Assembly (NCBI GenBank): GCA_963812015.1
Contig: CAWETI010000003.1
Coordinates: 1,504,001 to 1,568,000 of the forward strand
Direction: 5' to 3'
From: an uncultured delta proteobacterium
Lineage (GTDB): Bacteria; Desulfobacterota; Desulfobaccia; Desulfobaccales; 0-14-0-80-60-11
DNA: 64,000 bases
Under the pieces are notes generated by a model. That model ran no database searches. It worked only from the letters and a program-made list of their open reading frames with translations, and had not been told where the DNA came from. Position numbers and translations under genes: made by a program. Of the stretch, positions 38,086 through 48,114 are shown piece after piece. Numbering within the stretch: the stretch's first letter is position 1; every line of letters begins with the position of its first letter.

Positions 38086-38994
38086 ATGAATGCCACGTGG
38101 CCTAACAAATCCGTCATCTTCACCGCCGACGACTTCGGGCTGGCCGACGCCCTCAACGCCGCGGTGGTGCTGGCTCACCGCCGGGGGCTGCTCTCCTGCG
38201 CCAGCCTCATGGCCGCCGCCCCCCGGACCCCTGCGGCCCTGGGACTGGCCCGGGACCTCCCCGGCCTCTGCCTGGGGATGCACCTCACCCTGATCCAGGG
38301 GCAGGCCGTCCTCCCGCCCAAGGCAGTGCCTCACTTGGTGGATTCCCGGGGGTTTTTCCCTAACGATCCCGTGGCCACCGGCTGGCGCTACTTTTGCCGG
38401 CCTGGGTTGATGCCGGAGATTCGCCGGGAGCTGGCGGCCCAGATCGAGACGGTCCTGAAGGCCGGCCTCCCCGTCTGGCACCTGAACGGCCACGTCAACC
38501 TGCACCTCCATCCCTGCATCTTTCCCGTGGTGGCGGACCTGGCCCGGGAGTACGCTATCCCCGCGGTGCGCCTGGCCCGGGAAGACTGGCGCACCACCCT
38601 GGCCCTGGCCCCGGATCACCCCTTGCCCAAAATCGCCCAGGGCCTGATCTTTAGCCTGCTTTGCCGCCGGGCGGCCCGGCAGGCCCAAGCCGCAGGTCTG
38701 ATTTATAATGACCACCTTTTCGGGCTCCTCAACGACGGTCGCATGACCGAGAATTACCTGATGGGCCTGGCGCCCCGGCTCAAGCCGGGCGTCACCGAGA
38801 TTTACTGTCACCCGGGGCTTTACCCCGACTCGGAGCTTCGGCGCTGGGCCCCCGGCTACCGGCGCCAGGAGGAACTGGCGGCCCTGTTGAGCCCCCGCCT
38901 GAAGGCCACCCTGGCCGCGGCCGGGGTAGCGGTCACCGATTTCCGGGAGATCAGTCTCCACCCCCCCAAGCCTCGTAATTGGTCGGGTAAATGA
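38086..38994 (+). CDS. hpnK: HpnK / YdjC-ChbG family deacetylase
   Basis: TADDFG, GMHLTL, HLNGHVNLHLHP, EIYCHPG; two genes downstream of hpnJ. Confidence 0.85.
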   Translation: MNATWPNKSVIFTADDFGLADALNAAVVLAHRRGLLSCASLMAAAPRTPAALGLARDLPGLCLGMHLTLIQGQAVLPPKAVPHLVDSRGFFPNDPVATGWRYFCRPGLMPEIRRELAAQIETVLKAGLPVWHLNGHVNLHLHPCIFPVVADLAREYAIPAVRLAREDWRTTLALAPDHPLPKIAQGLIFSLLCRRAARQAQAAGLIYNDHLFGLLNDGRMTENYLMGLAPRLKPGVTEIYCHPGLYPDSELRRWAPGYRRQEELAALLSPRLKATLAAAGVAVTDFREISLHPPKPRNWSGK

Positions 38995-39196
38995 GAGCGA
39001 TTTTCACCAAGGAAAAGTAACCGGCGGAGGGAAGCAGATTGGGGGGCTGAATATTTCAGTCACCCGGGTTAAGGATCCCCATTTATCCAGGGGGCGCACC
39101 ACCCCCTCAACCCTGGCTTCGGAAAAGGGGCGACCCCACGGGTCGCCCCTGCGACGGTAACTCAGAAGAAACTCATGGAAGGCTCTGACGTAAGAC

Positions 39197-40288
39197 TTAC
39201 CCCAGGGCGGCGACGGCTGCGCCCCGCAGTTTGGCCCGCATGGCCAGGCTCTCCTGGGCAATTTTGGCGCGGTCGATGCCCTTGGACAAATAGAGATTAA
39301 GCAGGCAACCATCGAGACCCGTGAAAATCGGGTCGATCACCACTTCCGGCAGCACCAGACTCCGGGACTTGGCCCGGGTCTCCGGGGCCGCCATCTCCAG
39401 CACCCCCTCCTTGCCCCACGAGTGAAAAATGGCAGTCAAAAGCGCTATGGACCAGGCGCTGTCCGATACCACGATCACTTCCGCGGCATTGATCGCATTG
39501 CGGTTGCCGTTGAAGGACACGGCCAGGCCTCCCCCGGCCCGCACCGCCTCAAAGGCCGCCACATCGGTGATGCTGTCCCCCACGTAGATGGTGTCCGCCA
39601 GGCTGAGGCCGGTTTTCGCCAGGCTGTCGGACACGGCCTTGGCCTTTTCCGGGCCGCCCACGGGATTCACCTCCTGATAGAGGGCGCCGATGGCCATGGC
39701 CGGCAGTTGTTCCCCGAAGATGCGGTCCAGCACGGCAATGGCCTCCTGCACCGGACCGGGCAAATCCATGGGCGCGGCGGCCCCGGAGGGCAATTCAATC
39801 TCCGGGGCATCGGTGATTTCCCCCTGGAGGCGCTGCAATTCCTCGGCTTCGGCTGCGGACAGCGGGTAACGGTCCAGGTCGAGCTCGGTGCAAAAGATGC
39901 GCTCTTGATCAAAACCCAGCCGCAGGCCCACGGCTGCGGCAAATTGCCGGTAACTGGTGCTGATCTCAAAGATGGGAATCTTCCGGCTGTGGAGGAACTT
40001 GAAGGCGGCTTCGGCCCCGGGCATCAGCCTCACGGTTTCCTGGGAATAGGACTCGATTCGCGCATTGGTGAGGCCGTGGGCCTTCAAAAACGGCAGGATG
40101 AGCTTGAGGGTGTTGCCGGCCCTGTAGTCCGGCTTCTTGGCCACCTCCATCTGGTAATCGCCATAGCGGCTCACCTGCTGGAAAAACCGGTCCCCCTGGG
40201 GCTTGATAAACTCCCGGCACAGCTCAAAGGCGTTGTCATTGAGGGCTAACGGCCCCTCGCAATCAGTATCCAGTTGTACGTTGGACAT
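39197..40288 (-). CDS. EhaR-like HAD-superfamily protein
   Basis: DCEGPLALNDNAFEL, G.TLKLILPFL, ISTSY, YVGDSITD, SFNGN motifs. Confidence 0.7.
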   Translation of the reverse strand: MSNVQLDTDCEGPLALNDNAFELCREFIKPQGDRFFQQVSRYGDYQMEVAKKPDYRAGNTLKLILPFLKAHGLTNARIESYSQETVRLMPGAEAAFKFLHSRKIPIFEISTSYRQFAAAVGLRLGFDQERIFCTELDLDRYPLSAAEAEELQRLQGEITDAPEIELPSGAAAPMDLPGPVQEAIAVLDRIFGEQLPAMAIGALYQEVNPVGGPEKAKAVSDSLAKTGLSLADTIYVGDSITDVAAFEAVRAGGGLAVSFNGNRNAINAAEVIVVSDSAWSIALLTAIFHSWGKEGVLEMAAPETRAKSRSLVLPEVVIDPIFTGLDGCLLNLYLSKGIDRAKIAQESLAMRAKLRGAAVAALG

Positions 40289-40383
40289 GTCGTCTCCTTA
40301 TATATCAGTAGCCAGTTTTCAGTAGTCAGTTGTCAGTAATTTATGTAACTCAAGGCTCGCCCCTGACCGCCTCCCTCAGAAAT

Positions 40384-41355
40384 CTACTGCAACGCCTTAA
40401 TCTGTCGCTCCAGGAAGGTCTGGTCCGGGTAGCACTGCCGCCCGACGCCCCCGAGGCTCACGGCCGCAGCCCGGTTGCCCAGGCGCACCGAGGTGTTCAG
40501 GTGGAGGCCGTTGAGGCGCCCGGCCAGGTAGCCCGCCGCAAAGACGTCGCCGGCCCCCAAAGTGTCCACCACGGGGCCGCCCAGCTCCACTGGAAAATCC
40601 AGGTATCTCAGGGGGGTGAGCAATCTGGCGCCCCGGGCCCCCCGTTTGATCACCACCACGGGCGGGGCCCAGACGGGGTGCACCGCCGGCTCGCCTCCCA
40701 GAAGCCGCCACTCGGTCTCGGTGACCAGCAGGGTCTCCAGGTGGTCCAGGATGGCGTCAATGGCCGGCAAGCCGCGCCGGGCGTACCATTCCCCCGGGTC
40801 CAGGCTGAGCCGGACCCGCTCCGGGAGCCGGGCGGCGATGGTGCGCTGCACCCTGAGGGGGCCGTCCGCCGCAAACGCGGTGAGGTGGAGGTAAGTCGCG
40901 GCCGCAAGGGCCTCCCAGGGGATATCCCCCTCCGTCAGGAAATCGTTGGTATTGGGCGCCACCAGGATGGTGCGCTCCCCCTCCCCATCGGTCAGGATAT
41001 AGGCTATGCCGCTCTCTCCCCGGGCGATCACGTTGGACAGGTCCACTCCGGTCAGGCTGTCTTTCAGGAATTCTCCGTCAGCGTCCGCGCCCACCCGGCC
41101 CACCAACGCCACCGGGATGCCCAGACGGGCCAGGGCATAGGCGGTGTTTGCCGCCATGCCGCCGCCGAAGCGACCCGCCGGCCGGCCATACCGGGCCAGC
41201 AACCCGGTGAGGCGCTCTTCTTCAGCCTGGGAAACGGCCTCCTCGCCGCCCCGGCTGAGTCCGGTGCCCCAGTCGCGCAAAAACCCGTCCAGGTCCTCGA
41301 CCTGAAATTTCAAGTCCAAATTGATGGCTCCCAGGCAAATCACCGGCCATGGCAT
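40384..41355 (-). CDS. PfkB/ribokinase family carbohydrate kinase
   Basis: GGGMAANTA..LARLG, VGRVG.D..G, VDTLGAGDVFAAG. Confidence 0.9.
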   Translation of the reverse strand: MPWPVICLGAINLDLKFQVEDLDGFLRDWGTGLSRGGEEAVSQAEEERLTGLLARYGRPAGRFGGGMAANTAYALARLGIPVALVGRVGADADGEFLKDSLTGVDLSNVIARGESGIAYILTDGEGERTILVAPNTNDFLTEGDIPWEALAAATYLHLTAFAADGPLRVQRTIAARLPERVRLSLDPGEWYARRGLPAIDAILDHLETLLVTETEWRLLGGEPAVHPVWAPPVVVIKRGARGARLLTPLRYLDFPVELGGPVVDTLGAGDVFAAGYLAGRLNGLHLNTSVRLGNRAAAVSLGGVGRQCYPDQTFLERQIKALQ

Positions 41356-41529
41356 GCCTGGAAAACTACCAGGATTTGCGGTGCCGGTCAAGGGATGGCC
41401 CCACAGCCGGGCGGGAGATGCCGCCTGCCGGAAGAAAAATTCTTCCCGCCCCCAAGATAACGTCATGCAATCTCTGGATTTTTGTCTAAGGCGACTTATC
41501 TTGAAAAGAAATCATGGTTTGAGGGATCT

Positions 41530-41973
41530 ATGCACCGACTCATAAAAATCAGAATAATCCGAGATTTCGACCGCCTGGAAGAACAGGTGCGCCGTGGTCT
41601 CGACACCTTAATGGAAGCGCATAAAACCTCGGCTTCCTTCCGGCCGGCGGCGGATTTCTATGAAACCGCCCAGGGCCTGGTGCTCCGCCTGGAGCTGGCC
41701 GGGGTCAAGGCCGAGGACGTCGGACTGTCCCTGGCGGGCCAGGAACTCGTGGTGCGGGGCCGGCGGCGGCCTCCGGCTTCGGAAGGCATCCGGCGCTTTA
41801 TTCACCTGGAGATGGCCTTCGGCACGTTTGAACGGCGTTTCACGCTGCCCATCTCCGTCAATCCCGAGGCGGTGGAAGCCCGTTATGCGGATGGCGTCCT
41901 GGAAGTTTACCTGCCCCGGAAGGCGCCCCAGACTCGACAAATACCGGTGAAACCGTCACCGGCCAGCGAATAA
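41530..41973 (+). CDS. Hsp20/alpha-crystallin small heat shock protein
   Basis: [32 protein letters not shown]. Confidence 0.9.
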   Translation: MHRLIKIRIIRDFDRLEEQVRRGLDTLMEAHKTSASFRPAADFYETAQGLVLRLELAGVKAEDVGLSLAGQELVVRGRRRPPASEGIRRFIHLEMAFGTFERRFTLPISVNPEAVEARYADGVLEVYLPRKAPQTRQIPVKPSPASE

Positions 41974-41992
41974 CCGAGAAAATGGAGAAATC

Positions 41993-44368
41993 ATGACCAA
42001 TAATCACGAAACTGATAATATCCGGGTGGTGGCTGACTCAGACGTTCAGCCCGGCCCCCGGACGCTGCCCATATTACCGTCCACCGACCTGGTGCTGTTT
42101 CCCCGCATCATCATGCCCATGGCCCTCTGGGAGGAGCCGGCCCAGAAGCTGGTGAACGAGGTCTTGCTCCACGATAAGACCATGGGCTTTTTGACCGCCA
42201 GGGAGGAGAAGCCCACCGGGTTTGATCCGGATAATTTCTTCCAGGTCGGCACCGCCGCGCTCATTTTAAAGATGCGCAAGGCCGACGACGACTCCGTGCG
42301 TCTGCTCATTCAAGGTCTCTACCGGTTCCGGGTGGAAGAATGGGTAGGCCAGGAGCCTTACCTGGTGGCCCGGGTGACCCCCATCCCGGAAGAATACGAG
42401 CCCTCCCTCGAAGTGGAAGCCCTGGTCTCCAACGTCAAGGGCCTCTTTCTGCAGATGCTGGAGCTTTCTCCCTATCTACCCTCGGAGCTGGGGCCCCTGG
42501 TCCGGGAATTCGGCGATCCTCGGATCCTGGCCGACGTCACTGCCGGCAGCCTCAACATCTCCAAGGCCGAGAAACAGGGGTTGCTCGAGACCATCGACGT
42601 GACCGAGCGACTGCGCAAGGTCCTGACCTATGTCACCCGGGAGTTGGAGATCCTGGAACTGGGCAAGAAGATCCAGAGCCAGGTGAAGGGTGAGATGGAC
42701 AAGACCCAGAAGGAGTATTATCTCCGGGAACACATCAAGGCCTTGCAAAAGGAACTGGGGGAAGGGGACGACCCCACCCGGGAGGTTGATGAACTTCAGT
42801 TCCGGTTGGAGGAGGCGGAGTTGCCGCCCCACGCCATGAAGGAGGCGGAACGGGAACTAAAACGCCTCAAGCGCACCCCGCCCCATTCTCCGGACCACCA
42901 GGTCATCCGCAATTTCCTGGAGTGGCTCATCGACCTGCCCTGGAGCAAGTCCACCGAAGACAACCTGGATCTGCACCAGGCCCGGGAGATTTTGGACGAA
43001 GACCATTACAACCTGGAAAAGGTGAAGAAGCGCATCCTGGAATACCTGGCGGTGCGCAAACTCAAGCCCGATATGAAGGGGCCCATCCTCTGCTTCGTGG
43101 GGCCTCCGGGCACCGGCAAGACCTCCCTGGGCCGCTCCATCGCCCGGGCCCTGGGCCGCAAGTTCGTGCGCCTCTCTTTGGGCGGAGTGCGGGACGAAGC
43201 CGAAATCCGGGGCCACCGCCGCACCTACGTGGGGGCTATGCCCGGCCGCATCATCCAGTCCATGCGCCGGGCCGGCTCCAACAACCCGGTGTTCATCCTG
43301 GACGAAGTGGACAAGATCGGCGCCGACTTCCGGGGCGACCCCTCTTCGGCCCTCCTGGAGGTCCTGGACCCGGAACAGAACTCCACTTTTTCCGATCACT
43401 ACCTGGAGGTGGATTTCGACCTCTCCAAGGTCATGTTCATCACCACCGCCAACCTCCTGGACCCCATCCCGCCGGCCCTGCGGGACCGCATGGAGGTCCT
43501 GGAGCTCACCGGCTACACCGAAGAGGAGAAGCTGGAGATCGCCTTTAGCCACCTCCTGCCCCGGCAGTTGGAGGCCCACGGCCTCACCCGGGTGGAGATG
43601 GAACTCACCCCCGAGGCCGTCCGGCGGGTCGTCGCCTCTTATACCCGGGAGGCGGGCCTGCGCAACCTGGAGCGGGAGATCGCGGCGCTGTGCCGGGGCG
43701 TGGCCCGGGAAGTGGCGGAAGGCGGCCGCCAGCAGGTGAAGATCGATGCGGCCGACGTGGCCCAGTACCTGGGTCCGCCCCGGTTCTTTCGGGATGCGGC
43801 CCTGGACCATCCCGAGCCCGGGGTGGCCACGGGTCTCGCCTGGACCCCCACCGGCGGCGACATCCTCTTTATCGAGGCCCTGCGCATGCCGGGCAAGGGC
43901 AATCTCAAGCTCACCGGACAGTTGGGGGAGGTCATGAAGGAGTCGGCTAACGCCGCCCTAAGCTACATCCGGGCCCGGGCCCCCTTCCTGGGCGTCGAGG
44001 AGGACTTCTTCGAGAAGGCCGACCTCCATATCCATGTGCCGGCGGGCGCTATCCCCAAAGACGGCCCCTCCGCCGGGGTGGCCATGCTCACCGCCCTGGT
44101 TTCGCTCCTGTCCGGTCGGGCGGTGAAAAAAAACCTGGCCATGACCGGAGAGATCACCCTAAGGGGCCATGTTCTGCCCGTGGGCGGCATCAAGAACAAG
44201 GTCCTGGCGGCGCACCGGGCCGGCATCCAGGAGATCATCCTCCCGGCCCAGAACCAGGTGGACCTGGAGGAGATCCCCGAATCCGTACGGGGCGAGCTCA
44301 CCTTTCACCCGGTGGAGAGCCTGGACGAGGCCCTAAAGTTCGCCTTCCCGGCCCACGGCGAGCACTGA
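41993..44368 (+). CDS. lon: ATP-dependent Lon protease
   Basis: [30 protein letters not shown] (catalytic Ser), GGIKNK. Confidence 0.97.
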   Translation: MTNNHETDNIRVVADSDVQPGPRTLPILPSTDLVLFPRIIMPMALWEEPAQKLVNEVLLHDKTMGFLTAREEKPTGFDPDNFFQVGTAALILKMRKADDDSVRLLIQGLYRFRVEEWVGQEPYLVARVTPIPEEYEPSLEVEALVSNVKGLFLQMLELSPYLPSELGPLVREFGDPRILADVTAGSLNISKAEKQGLLETIDVTERLRKVLTYVTRELEILELGKKIQSQVKGEMDKTQKEYYLREHIKALQKELGEGDDPTREVDELQFRLEEAELPPHAMKEAERELKRLKRTPPHSPDHQVIRNFLEWLIDLPWSKSTEDNLDLHQAREILDEDHYNLEKVKKRILEYLAVRKLKPDMKGPILCFVGPPGTGKTSLGRSIARALGRKFVRLSLGGVRDEAEIRGHRRTYVGAMPGRIIQSMRRAGSNNPVFILDEVDKIGADFRGDPSSALLEVLDPEQNSTFSDHYLEVDFDLSKVMFITTANLLDPIPPALRDRMEVLELTGYTEEEKLEIAFSHLLPRQLEAHGLTRVEMELTPEAVRRVVASYTREAGLRNLEREIAALCRGVAREVAEGGRQQVKIDAADVAQYLGPPRFFRDAALDHPEPGVATGLAWTPTGGDILFIEALRMPGKGNLKLTGQLGEVMKESANAALSYIRARAPFLGVEEDFFEKADLHIHVPAGAIPKDGPSAGVAMLTALVSLLSGRAVKKNLAMTGEITLRGHVLPVGGIKNKVLAAHRAGIQEIILPAQNQVDLEEIPESVRGELTFHPVESLDEALKFAFPAHGEH

Positions 44369-44496
44369 ATCGTTAGGATGCATGCATAAGACTTCCCCTC
44401 ATTTTCCCTCCCCCTTGATGGGGGAGGGTTAGAGTGGGGGTGAAAAATTAGCCGGACACCGGCAACCCCAACGTCCGGCTGGTACCCAAGTTATGA

Positions 44497-44625
44497 GAAG
44501 CTCTTTCAAAACCTGGATCGATAGAGAATTGTCATTCTGAGCGGAGTGAAGAATCTCATGTTTTTAATAAGTTGAGATCCTTCGCGCCGTTCAGGATGAC
44601 AAAAAGCAGGTTTTGAAATGGCTTA
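44497..44625. repeat. Second copy of the TGTCATTCTGAGCGGAG palindromic element
   Basis: tgtcattctgagcggagtgaagaatctc...gagatccttcg...tcaggatgaca inside tttcaaaacctg/caggttttgaaa. Confidence 0.8.
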
Positions 44626-44827
44626 TAGGGTGGCATCTCTGCTCACCACGGCGCCTCACGTTTTCAAGGTCGGGGCGCGACGGGCTGCGCCCTCAAACAT
44701 ATCTTGCCGAAACGAGCTTGTATTCATTATTATATGGCCACCAAGATGGCGGCGTTGCCGGGGAGATCGATATCCCCAACCCCAGGGCCGCGCCCCACGG
44801 CGATTTAATCTGATCTGGAGGTGACCC

Positions 44828-44965
44828 ATGGCCGTTTTTACCTGCGACAAATGTGGCGAAAAGGTGGACACCCGCTGCAAACCCAAGAAATGCCCGGCCT
44901 GCAGCGAAGCCAGCACCATGTGCAAGATAGAGGCGCCGCCGGCGCCCAAGAAGGGCAAGAAGTAA
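44828..44965 (+). CDS. RCKP-type rubredoxin-like small metal-binding protein (45 aa, absent from ORF track)
   Basis: GGAGGT RBS; MAVFTCDKCGEKVDTRCKPKKCPACSEASTMCKIEAPPAPKKGKK. Confidence 0.85.
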   Translation: MAVFTCDKCGEKVDTRCKPKKCPACSEASTMCKIEAPPAPKKGKK

Positions 44966-45173
44966 CCCCCGGAAAGGATAATCGTCGCAAAGGATTCCTT
45001 ATTTCCCTCTCCCTTGAGGGAGAGGGGCAGAGTGAGGGTGAAATCGGTGTTACTAACTGCCTTTGCGGCCGGCACGTGCGTCCCGCAGGCGCTTGCCGGA
45101 GCAGGGCTTTTATTATCGGGGCGATGCCCTTAATGACCGAAAACCGAAAACCGAAAACCGAAAACAGGCTTTT

Positions 45174-45554
45174 ATGATTTACGGCATCGGCGTGGACCTG
45201 GTGAAGGTGGCCCGGATCGAAGGGGTGTTAGCGCGCTATGGCGACCGGTTTCTCTCCCGGGTCTTCACGGATCGCGAGACCGCCTTCTGCCGGGTCAAAC
45301 CCTGGGCCGCGGCGGGCTTCGCCATGCGCTTCGCGGCCAAGGAGGCCTTCTCCAAGGCCCTCGGGGTGGGCTTGCGCAAAGGCGGCATCCGCTGGCGGGA
45401 GGTGGAGGTGATCCCCAACCCCATGGGCAAGCCCGAAATTTTCCTCAGCGGCCGGGCCGCGGCCCTCTGCGAAGCCGCCGGCATCGAAAATATACACCTC
45501 TCCCTCACCGACGAAGACGGCCGGGCCCTGGCCGTGGTTATCTTGGAGCGGTGA
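45174..45554 (+). CDS. acpS: Holo-ACP synthase
   Basis: MIYGIGVDLV, RFAAKEAFSKALG.G, GKP, HLSL. Confidence 0.95.
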   Translation: MIYGIGVDLVKVARIEGVLARYGDRFLSRVFTDRETAFCRVKPWAAAGFAMRFAAKEAFSKALGVGLRKGGIRWREVEVIPNPMGKPEIFLSGRAAALCEAAGIENIHLSLTDEDGRALAVVILER

Positions 45555-45644
45555 GAATGGTCATCGAGGCGGCTCGGTTCCTCCTGCCCCCTGCGCAACC
45601 GCCTGGGCCGCCGGCGATGAGTCGATCAGGCAAGGCATTTTTTA

Positions 45645-45730
45645 CCCCCCTTTGCAAAAGGGGGGCAGGGGGGATTTTATATAAGCGCCTGAAAATCCCC
45701 TAAATCCCCCTTTATAAAAGGCGGACTTGG
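45645..45730. repeat. Second copy of the AAATCCCC palindromic element
   Basis: ccccctttgcaaaagggggg...gggggatttt...aaaatcccctaaatcccccttt. Confidence 0.75.
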
Positions 45731-45756
45731 GAGGGCCGAAGTCTTAAGTGCAAGAG

Positions 45757-46086
45757 ATGACCCACAACCCCGAAACCAAACTTATCGTCTACGGCAGCCT
45801 GGCCCCGGGCGGGTCTAACGCCTTTATCCTGGGGGGCCTCGTCGGGGAGTGGTATCCCTGCCTCATCCGGGGCCACCTGGGCGCCTACCGGGGCTTTAAA
45901 TCTTTCCGCTACGACCCCAACGGGCCGGAACACACGGCCTGGCTCCTGTCGTCCGCCGACCTGCCCCGGGTTATCTCGGAGCTGGACGACTTCGAGGGGG
46001 AGGAATACGAGCGCAGCATCATCCCCGCCAGGGTGGGCGACCGCTGGGTCATGGCCCAGGTCTATGAGGGAAGGTATTGCGAATGA
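45757..46086 (+). CDS. Gamma-glutamylcyclotransferase (AIG2-like) family protein
   Basis: VYGSLAPG..N and LDDFEGEEYER motifs. Confidence 0.8.
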   Translation: MTHNPETKLIVYGSLAPGGSNAFILGGLVGEWYPCLIRGHLGAYRGFKSFRYDPNGPEHTAWLLSSADLPRVISELDDFEGEEYERSIIPARVGDRWVMAQVYEGRYCE

Positions 46087-46129
46087 GGGTCGAGACAGTC
46101 AGGTGAAATTTCCATCAGAGGAGGCAGTT

Positions 46130-46636
46130 ATGAACATGCAGGCATTCAAGGTATGGCTCGCTCTGGCGCTGGTGTTCGGCTTGGTGGCCACCGCCATGGC
46201 CCAGCCCCCCCAGCCGCCCCCGACTGGGTCCGGGGGCTCGGGCCAGGCCCTGCTCAACCTGGACAACACCGTGGCCCTGCACGGATACGACCCGGTGGCT
46301 TATTTCACCGACAACCAGGCGGTTAAAGGCAACAAGCGTATTCTGGAACGGCTCGGGAGCGCCACGTACTATTTTGCCTCCCGGGGCAACCGCTATGAGT
46401 TTCTGGGGGATGCCCCCCGCTATCAGCCGCAATTCGGCGGGTACTGCGCCGCCTCTATGGCCATGGGCCGGCTGGAGGACATCAATCCCCACCTGTTTAT
46501 CATCTTTGAAGGGAAGCTCTACCTGTTCAACAACCCTGATGCCGAGGCCATGTTTATGCGAGACCCCCGCCGGATGGCCCATGAGGCCAGGGAGCAGTAC
46601 TTTAAAATCGCCGCCCATCAGCGTTCCTTCTATTAA
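46130..46636 (+). CDS. Secreted YHS-domain protein
   Basis: Signal peptide; GYDPVAYF, YYFAS, P.YQPQFGGYCA, GKLYL. Confidence 0.85.
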   Translation: MNMQAFKVWLALALVFGLVATAMAQPPQPPPTGSGGSGQALLNLDNTVALHGYDPVAYFTDNQAVKGNKRILERLGSATYYFASRGNRYEFLGDAPRYQPQFGGYCAASMAMGRLEDINPHLFIIFEGKLYLFNNPDAEAMFMRDPRRMAHEAREQYFKIAAHQRSFY

Positions 46637-46846
46637 CCGCCAGGACGGCCGTGGGCGGCTCCGGGCCATGAAACGCCGGCCGGGGCCTTGGTTTAAGGAA
46701 GATATTCATCAGGATCCTGAAGAACTTCCTTCCTCTTGCCCCCTCCCCCTTGAGGGGGGAGGGCTGGGGTGGGGGTGAGTATAAGCTATTCTCCGCTCAG
46801 CTTACGGTTTCGCCGGCTTTCTTGCCTGACGGCCTTTCTCCCGGCC

Positions 46847-47959
46847 ATGGGTAAACTCGCCCTGGGGCTCATCCTGGCGGTGCTTCTGGCCGGCGGGGCC
46901 AGGGCCGACGAGGCCTTTGAGATGCCCCGGCCGGGCCGGGTCTGGGCGTTTCCCCAGGACCACGCAGCCCACCCGGAGTACAAGACCGAGTGGTGGTATT
47001 ACGTGGGGCACCTCAAGACTGCTGCCGGGGAGTCCTTCGGCTACCAGCTCACCTTCTTCCGGGTGGCTTTACGAAAAATACGAAAAATACGAAAACCCGA
47101 CCCCCGGCCCCGGTCGGCCTGGTCCCTGAACACCGTCTATTTTGCCCACCTGGCCCTCACCGATCCGGCCCGGCGCACCTTCGTCTTTAGAGACCGGGCC
47201 GGCCGGGGGGCCCTGGGTCTCTCCGGGGCGGCCCCGGGGACCATGCAGGTCTGGATCGATGACTGGCAGGCGGCCCTGGTGGGCGACGAGTTTCATCTGA
47301 AGGCGCAAGATGAGGGCGTCGGGCTGGACTTGCAGCTCAAACCCGCCAAACCCCCGGCCCTGCATGGCGAAGGCGGCTACAGTCGAAAGTCCGAGAAATT
47401 CGGCTCTGCCAGCTATTACTATTCCCTGAGCCGCCTTAACACCCGGGGGACCATCACCGTGGCCGGCCGGACCCTGCCCGTCACCGGCCTGAGCTGGATG
47501 GACCACGAGTTCTTCACCAGCGCCATGGCCCCGGGCCTGGCGGGCTGGGACTGGTTCAGCCTCCAACTGGCCGACGGCTGGGAGGTGATGCTTTACCTCT
47601 TGCGGCATAAGGACGGCGCGGTGGACCCGGCCTCCTCCGGCACCCTCATCGATCCCCAGGGCAATACCCGCCACCTGAAACTCAGCGACTTTACGGTCAA
47701 GCCCACCGGCGCCTGGACCTCACCCCACACCCAGGCAAGATACCCGGCGGGTTGGGAGATCACCATTCCCGGGGCCGGCTACCGCCTCACCCTGACCCCG
47801 ACGCTGCCCGACCAGGAAATTCGCGCCCAGGCCCCGGCTAAAGTGACCTATTGGGAAGGAGAGGTCAAGATTGAGGGGGCGAAACACGGCGTTCCGGTTC
47901 AGGGCCTGGGCTACACCGAACTTACCGGCTACTCTGGGGGGCTGGGCGCCAGGTTTTAA
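46847..47959 (+). CDS. Lipocalin-like CrtC/AttH family secreted protein
   Basis: FPQDH..HP...TEWWY, GYQLTFFR, SYYYS, WMDHEF, GWDWF, YWEG, GYTELTGY. Confidence 0.88.
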   Translation: MGKLALGLILAVLLAGGARADEAFEMPRPGRVWAFPQDHAAHPEYKTEWWYYVGHLKTAAGESFGYQLTFFRVALRKIRKIRKPDPRPRSAWSLNTVYFAHLALTDPARRTFVFRDRAGRGALGLSGAAPGTMQVWIDDWQAALVGDEFHLKAQDEGVGLDLQLKPAKPPALHGEGGYSRKSEKFGSASYYYSLSRLNTRGTITVAGRTLPVTGLSWMDHEFFTSAMAPGLAGWDWFSLQLADGWEVMLYLLRHKDGAVDPASSGTLIDPQGNTRHLKLSDFTVKPTGAWTSPHTQARYPAGWEITIPGAGYRLTLTPTLPDQEIRAQAPAKVTYWEGEVKIEGAKHGVPVQGLGYTELTGYSGGLGARF

Positions 47960-48114
47960 GGGGGCGAAAAGGGGAAGGGGAGGATGGCGGACACGGAGGC
48001 CCGCACTACCGGAAATTTCCTGCCTTGCGGGTGATCCCCAGGCCCATGAAAAGCAAAAGAGGAGCGCAGGCCAAGGCCCGACTCCTCTTTTAACTTCTTC
48101 TATATAATCGCGCT

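Noticed and set aside
46130..46636. YHS protein as a selenoprotein
   Set aside because: The GGYCA site is encoded by TGC (Cys); no in-frame UGA
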